Virus record (IMG/VR): IMGVR_UViG_3300049215_000519
Coordinates: 1-64,000 of that record
Strand: one strand, 5' to 3'
DNA length: 64,000 nt
DNA from: a virus
Part shown: in pieces, positions 61,908 through 64,000 of the stretch
How positions within the stretch are numbered: position 1 is the stretch's first letter
Layout of the letters: each line of letters starts with the position of its first letter
Made by a program: the position numbers and the translations under genes
Notes under the pieces: model-generated
Told to the model about the DNA's origin: nothing
The model's input: only the letters and a program-made list of their open reading frames with translations
The model's database searches: none

Positions 61908-62419
61908 AGATACTCTGCAGCGGCAATCAGTCTAGTTGATGAGTCCTTGAAGTGCCCTAGGCCCTGATTGCAGGAATTGCAGAGCAGGCCTCGAATCTTC
62001 TTCGTGTGATGATCGTGGTCAACAGCAAGTTTCATCACGCGGCCGAGCTTCATCGTTGTCTCAGGCTGCTTGCAGATTTTGCAGACTCCACTCTGTTCGA
62101 GCATCATGCGTTCGAAGTCGTTTGGAGTCAGTCCCAACCGACGTAGTTTATTTTTGTGATTTAGTGCGATCTCTTTTTCGCGATAGCTTGGGTCATCGCG
62201 TCGACGTTGGTTCTGGCGGGCCTTTTTACGCTCGAGCCTGGCTCGTTTATAGTGGGGGTCAATTGTTAGCGTTTTCATCTTGGCGAGCTTTGCTTCTCGA
62301 AAACCTGGCTTGGTTCGATAGCGTTCTCGGTCATACGCGTTCCAGCATTTTCGACAGCGGCCAAGTCGATGAGGATCAACCTCTCCGGTTTGGAGGCACT
62401 TTGGGCATAGGATCGTCAT
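61817..62419 (-). CDS. Endonuclease VII-family (Endo_7) nuclease
   Basis: CKICKQ....LAVDHDHHTKKIRGLLCNSCNQGLGHFKDS...AAAEYL. ATG at 62419 lies 7 nt after the motif hexamer. AT-richer than the surroundings. Confidence 0.75.
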   Translation of the reverse strand: MTILCPKCLQTGEVDPHRLGRCRKCWNAYDRERYRTKPGFREAKLAKMKTLTIDPHYKRARLERKKARQNQRRRDDPSYREKEIALNHKNKLRRLGLTPNDFERMMLEQSGVCKICKQPETTMKLGRVMKLAVDHDHHTKKIRGLLCNSCNQGLGHFKDSSTRLIAAAEYLQASKSMILPEGTSTPNLEEPGNVVSKATA

Positions 62420-62426
62420 GCCTTCC

Positions 62427-62447
62427 AAAATACACCGGACGTCTGAC
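62427..62447 (-). promoter_or_regulatory. GTCAGACC-N7-TANNNN element (variant GTCAGACG)
   Basis: GTCAGACGTCCGGTGTATTTT, then 7 nt, then ATG at 62419. Confidence 0.45.
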
Positions 62448-62469
62448 AACGTGTGGTAGGCTCGGGATC

Positions 62470-62730
62470 ATGCAACGGAAGGCCAGAGGATTACGGTGTG
62501 GGGTTGGCGAGAAGCGTTTCACCGTCGTGCAGGTCGGCAATGATCCGGGCGACTCTCATGCTGGTCGGTCGTTCCAGGACGCGATGGAGCTGGCGATGCC
62601 CGATCGTGGATCGCACGTGAACGTCTTCGTGACGTGCGCTCGAGATGGCGGTGAAGCCAGAATGCCGTACAACTACAGGTCACGAGGCAAGCTCGTGCGT
62701 TCGTTCCGAACCAAGCGAGGTGGCTCATGA
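62470..62730 (+). CDS. Hypothetical protein
   Basis: TAGGCT-N7-ATG at 62470. The stop overlaps the next ATG (ATGA). In-frame tail of ORF 62056..62730. Confidence 0.45.
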   Translation: MQRKARGLRCGVGEKRFTVVQVGNDPGDSHAGRSFQDAMELAMPDRGSHVNVFVTCARDGGEARMPYNYRSRGKLVRSFRTKRGGS

Positions 62731-63068
62731 GATTCGCACGTACATCGCTCGGGCTCATCCCCGACTGGCAGTTCTCGACGGATCCAGCCGTCAACCTGAA
62801 GATCAACCCGCACGTTCAGTATCCTGCGGGCGTGTACCAGACGACGTCTCAGCCGCTCGGGCCGTACTACGGTGGCTCCGAAGGCCGTGGTGAAGGTCTT
62901 GGCTACACGACGCAGCGGTTCGCGAACATGAAGTTCCCGGCGCGAGGCAGCCTGCTCGGGCTCAGCGATCTTTCGTCGACGCAGATGACCGTCGGCGCGA
63001 TCGCGCTGCTTGGCGTCGCGGCGGTGGCGTGGAACGTCCTCGGCAAGAAGAAGCGTCGTCGGCGATGA
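62727..63068 (+). CDS. Tail-anchored protein, GLSD-TM-KKKRRRR C-terminus
   Basis: SLLGLSDLSSTQMTVGAIALLGVAAVAWNVLGKKKRRRR. The tail is homologous to that of 51263..51538. Confidence 0.55.
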   Translation: MRFARTSLGLIPDWQFSTDPAVNLKINPHVQYPAGVYQTTSQPLGPYYGGSEGRGEGLGYTTQRFANMKFPARGSLLGLSDLSSTQMTVGAIALLGVAAVAWNVLGKKKRRRR

Positions 63069-63256
63069 TCGTCTTCTGGTTGCCGCTGATGTTCGTGCTC
63101 AGCACGATGCGGCTCGCGAACTACATGAAGCAGCGCTGGCCGAACCAAGACGCGATCGACTGGGTGCACGATTCGTACTGGGGGAGGATTCCGGTGTTCG
63201 TGCGCCGCGCGCCGCTGCCGAAGGCGACTGCTAGGTACCGTCGAGAGACGCGATGA
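63065..63256 (+). CDS. Small membrane protein
   Basis: ATGA overlap at 63065. MIVFWLPLMFVLSTM is a TM segment. Confidence 0.4.
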   Translation: MIVFWLPLMFVLSTMRLANYMKQRWPNQDAIDWVHDSYWGRIPVFVRRAPLPKATARYRRETR

Positions 63257-63764
63257 CGTCAGCGGGCACGAAGCGGTAGATCCGACCGAACTTTAGGTAC
63301 GGGATCTGGCCGGACTTCACGAGTCGGCGCACGGTGACGACGCTGCACTCGAGGATCTCGGCCATGCGTTCGATGCCAACAGGCTGATCGCCGATCCCAG
63401 CAGGGTGCGTGCGGTCGAGTAGATCCTGCAGCGAGTCCTGCGCGGTGTGCGCGATGTGCGTGACGATGTAGTCGGCGGGCTGGAACCATCCATCGTGTAG
63501 GTGGGCCTGCTCGAAGTCGGCCGCGATCGCGTCAGCATCCTCGAGCGGAGTGAGCGTGGGCGTCAGGCCGATCAAGCGAACCTCGAACGCGTTGTCGCGC
63601 GCGATCGCGATGAGGCGGTTCGCGAGCTGGTCGCCGCGGATGCCTTCGATCTTGATCGGGCCGGTGTTCGCACCCGGGGGCGTGAGTTGCAAGTAGACGA
63701 GCCACGAACCTTGGGCCGCGTGGAGCGCGATGACAGCTGCGGTCGTAGTCGAGAGGGCGATCAT
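63231..63764 (-). CDS. Protein with C-terminal excisionase/MerR-type HTH (HTH_17-like)
   Basis: IERMAEILECSVVTVRRLVKSGQIPYLKFGRIYRFVPADV. Confidence 0.65.
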   Translation of the reverse strand: MIALSTTTAAVIALHAAQGSWLVYLQLTPPGANTGPIKIEGIRGDQLANRLIAIARDNAFEVRLIGLTPTLTPLEDADAIAADFEQAHLHDGWFQPADYIVTHIAHTAQDSLQDLLDRTHPAGIGDQPVGIERMAEILECSVVTVRRLVKSGQIPYLKFGRIYRFVPADVIASLDGT

Positions 63765-63820
63765 CTGATCAGCGGTGATCCAGGATAGGTCTACCAGCTA
63801 AAGCGATCGAGACCTTGCAT

Positions 63821-63842
63821 ATCACGATCTGATCATCGTGAT
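63821..63842. promoter_or_regulatory. 8-bp inverted repeat, operator-like
   Basis: ATCACGAT-ctgatc-ATCGTGAT, in the divergent region between 63764 (-) and 63907 (+). Confidence 0.5.
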
Positions 63843-63872
63843 CACTGGAGGTGGTACAACCTATTTGAATCC

Positions 63873-63900
63873 TTGCGCTTTGTGGGGGACTGGGTATCTT
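63873..63900 (+). promoter_or_regulatory. sigma70-like promoter with leaderless start
   Basis: TTGCGC-N16-TATCTT, then 6 nt, then ATG at 63907. Confidence 0.4.
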
Positions 63901-63906
63901 GTCTCC

Positions 63907-64000
63907 ATGATCATCACCCGGCACGGCGGTTCGTCTCACTACATGCGTCCCGACGCGGTCTACAAGACCTCCGTCCTACGCTCGATGACGGGCTACATCC
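63907..64000 (+). CDS. Hypothetical protein, 5' part only (runs off window)
   Basis: ATG at 63907 opens MIITRHGGSSHYMRPDAVYKTSVLRSMTGYI with no stop before the window end. Confidence 0.35.
   Translation, partial: MIITRHGGSSHYMRPDAVYKTSVLRSMTGYI

Overview
GC-rich (about 60% by eye), very gene-dense window with about 110 protein genes. I found no rRNA, tRNA or CRISPR array. All homology calls come from motif recognition by eye; no BLAST, HMM or folding was run.

It reads as part of a large temperate dsDNA bacteriophage or prophage of a GC-rich bacterium:
- Lysogeny: tyrosine integrase and an excisionase-type HTH protein.
- Replication and recombination: family-A DNA polymerase fused to a UDG-like domain, UvrD-like and SNF2 helicases, AAA_24 (Sak4-like) ATPase with a DUF669 SSB-like protein, Cas4-like nuclease, Dam methylase.
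- Nucleotide metabolism: ThyX and a MazG-like gene.
- Lysis and structure: GH25-like lysozyme and tail-fibre-like paralogues.
- Genes sit in alternating strand blocks. Most junctions are ATGA/GTGA/TGATG start-stop overlaps or carry GGAGG Shine-Dalgarno sites.

Main observations:
1. A fixed-geometry 21-nt element, GTCAGACC-N7-TANNNN, occurs 12 times. Eleven copies lie 6-11 nt from a same-strand start codon and one lies 31 nt away.
2. Operon-first genes generally look leaderless, with a TANNNT-like hexamer 6-8 nt before ATG/GTG.
3. A nucleotide-sugar and glycosyltransferase island (gmd, fcl, DegT aminotransferase, GNAT, several GTs) is invaded by HNH endonucleases and a LAGLIDADG intein inside gmd. 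A second intein sits in the polymerase.
4. A minus-strand operon of small, unrelated proteins nearly all ends in Arg runs. The Arg codons double as the GGAGG ribosome-binding site of the next gene. The operon also holds a 33-aa protamine-like ORF.
5. A family of tail-anchored proteins shares a GL[GS]D - TM helix - poly-basic C-terminus. They cluster around a membrane-anchored transglutaminase-like cysteine enzyme.
6. Two paralogues carry Ala/Trp heptad repeats.
7. Three genes are broken by single-nucleotide frameshifts at homopolymer runs.
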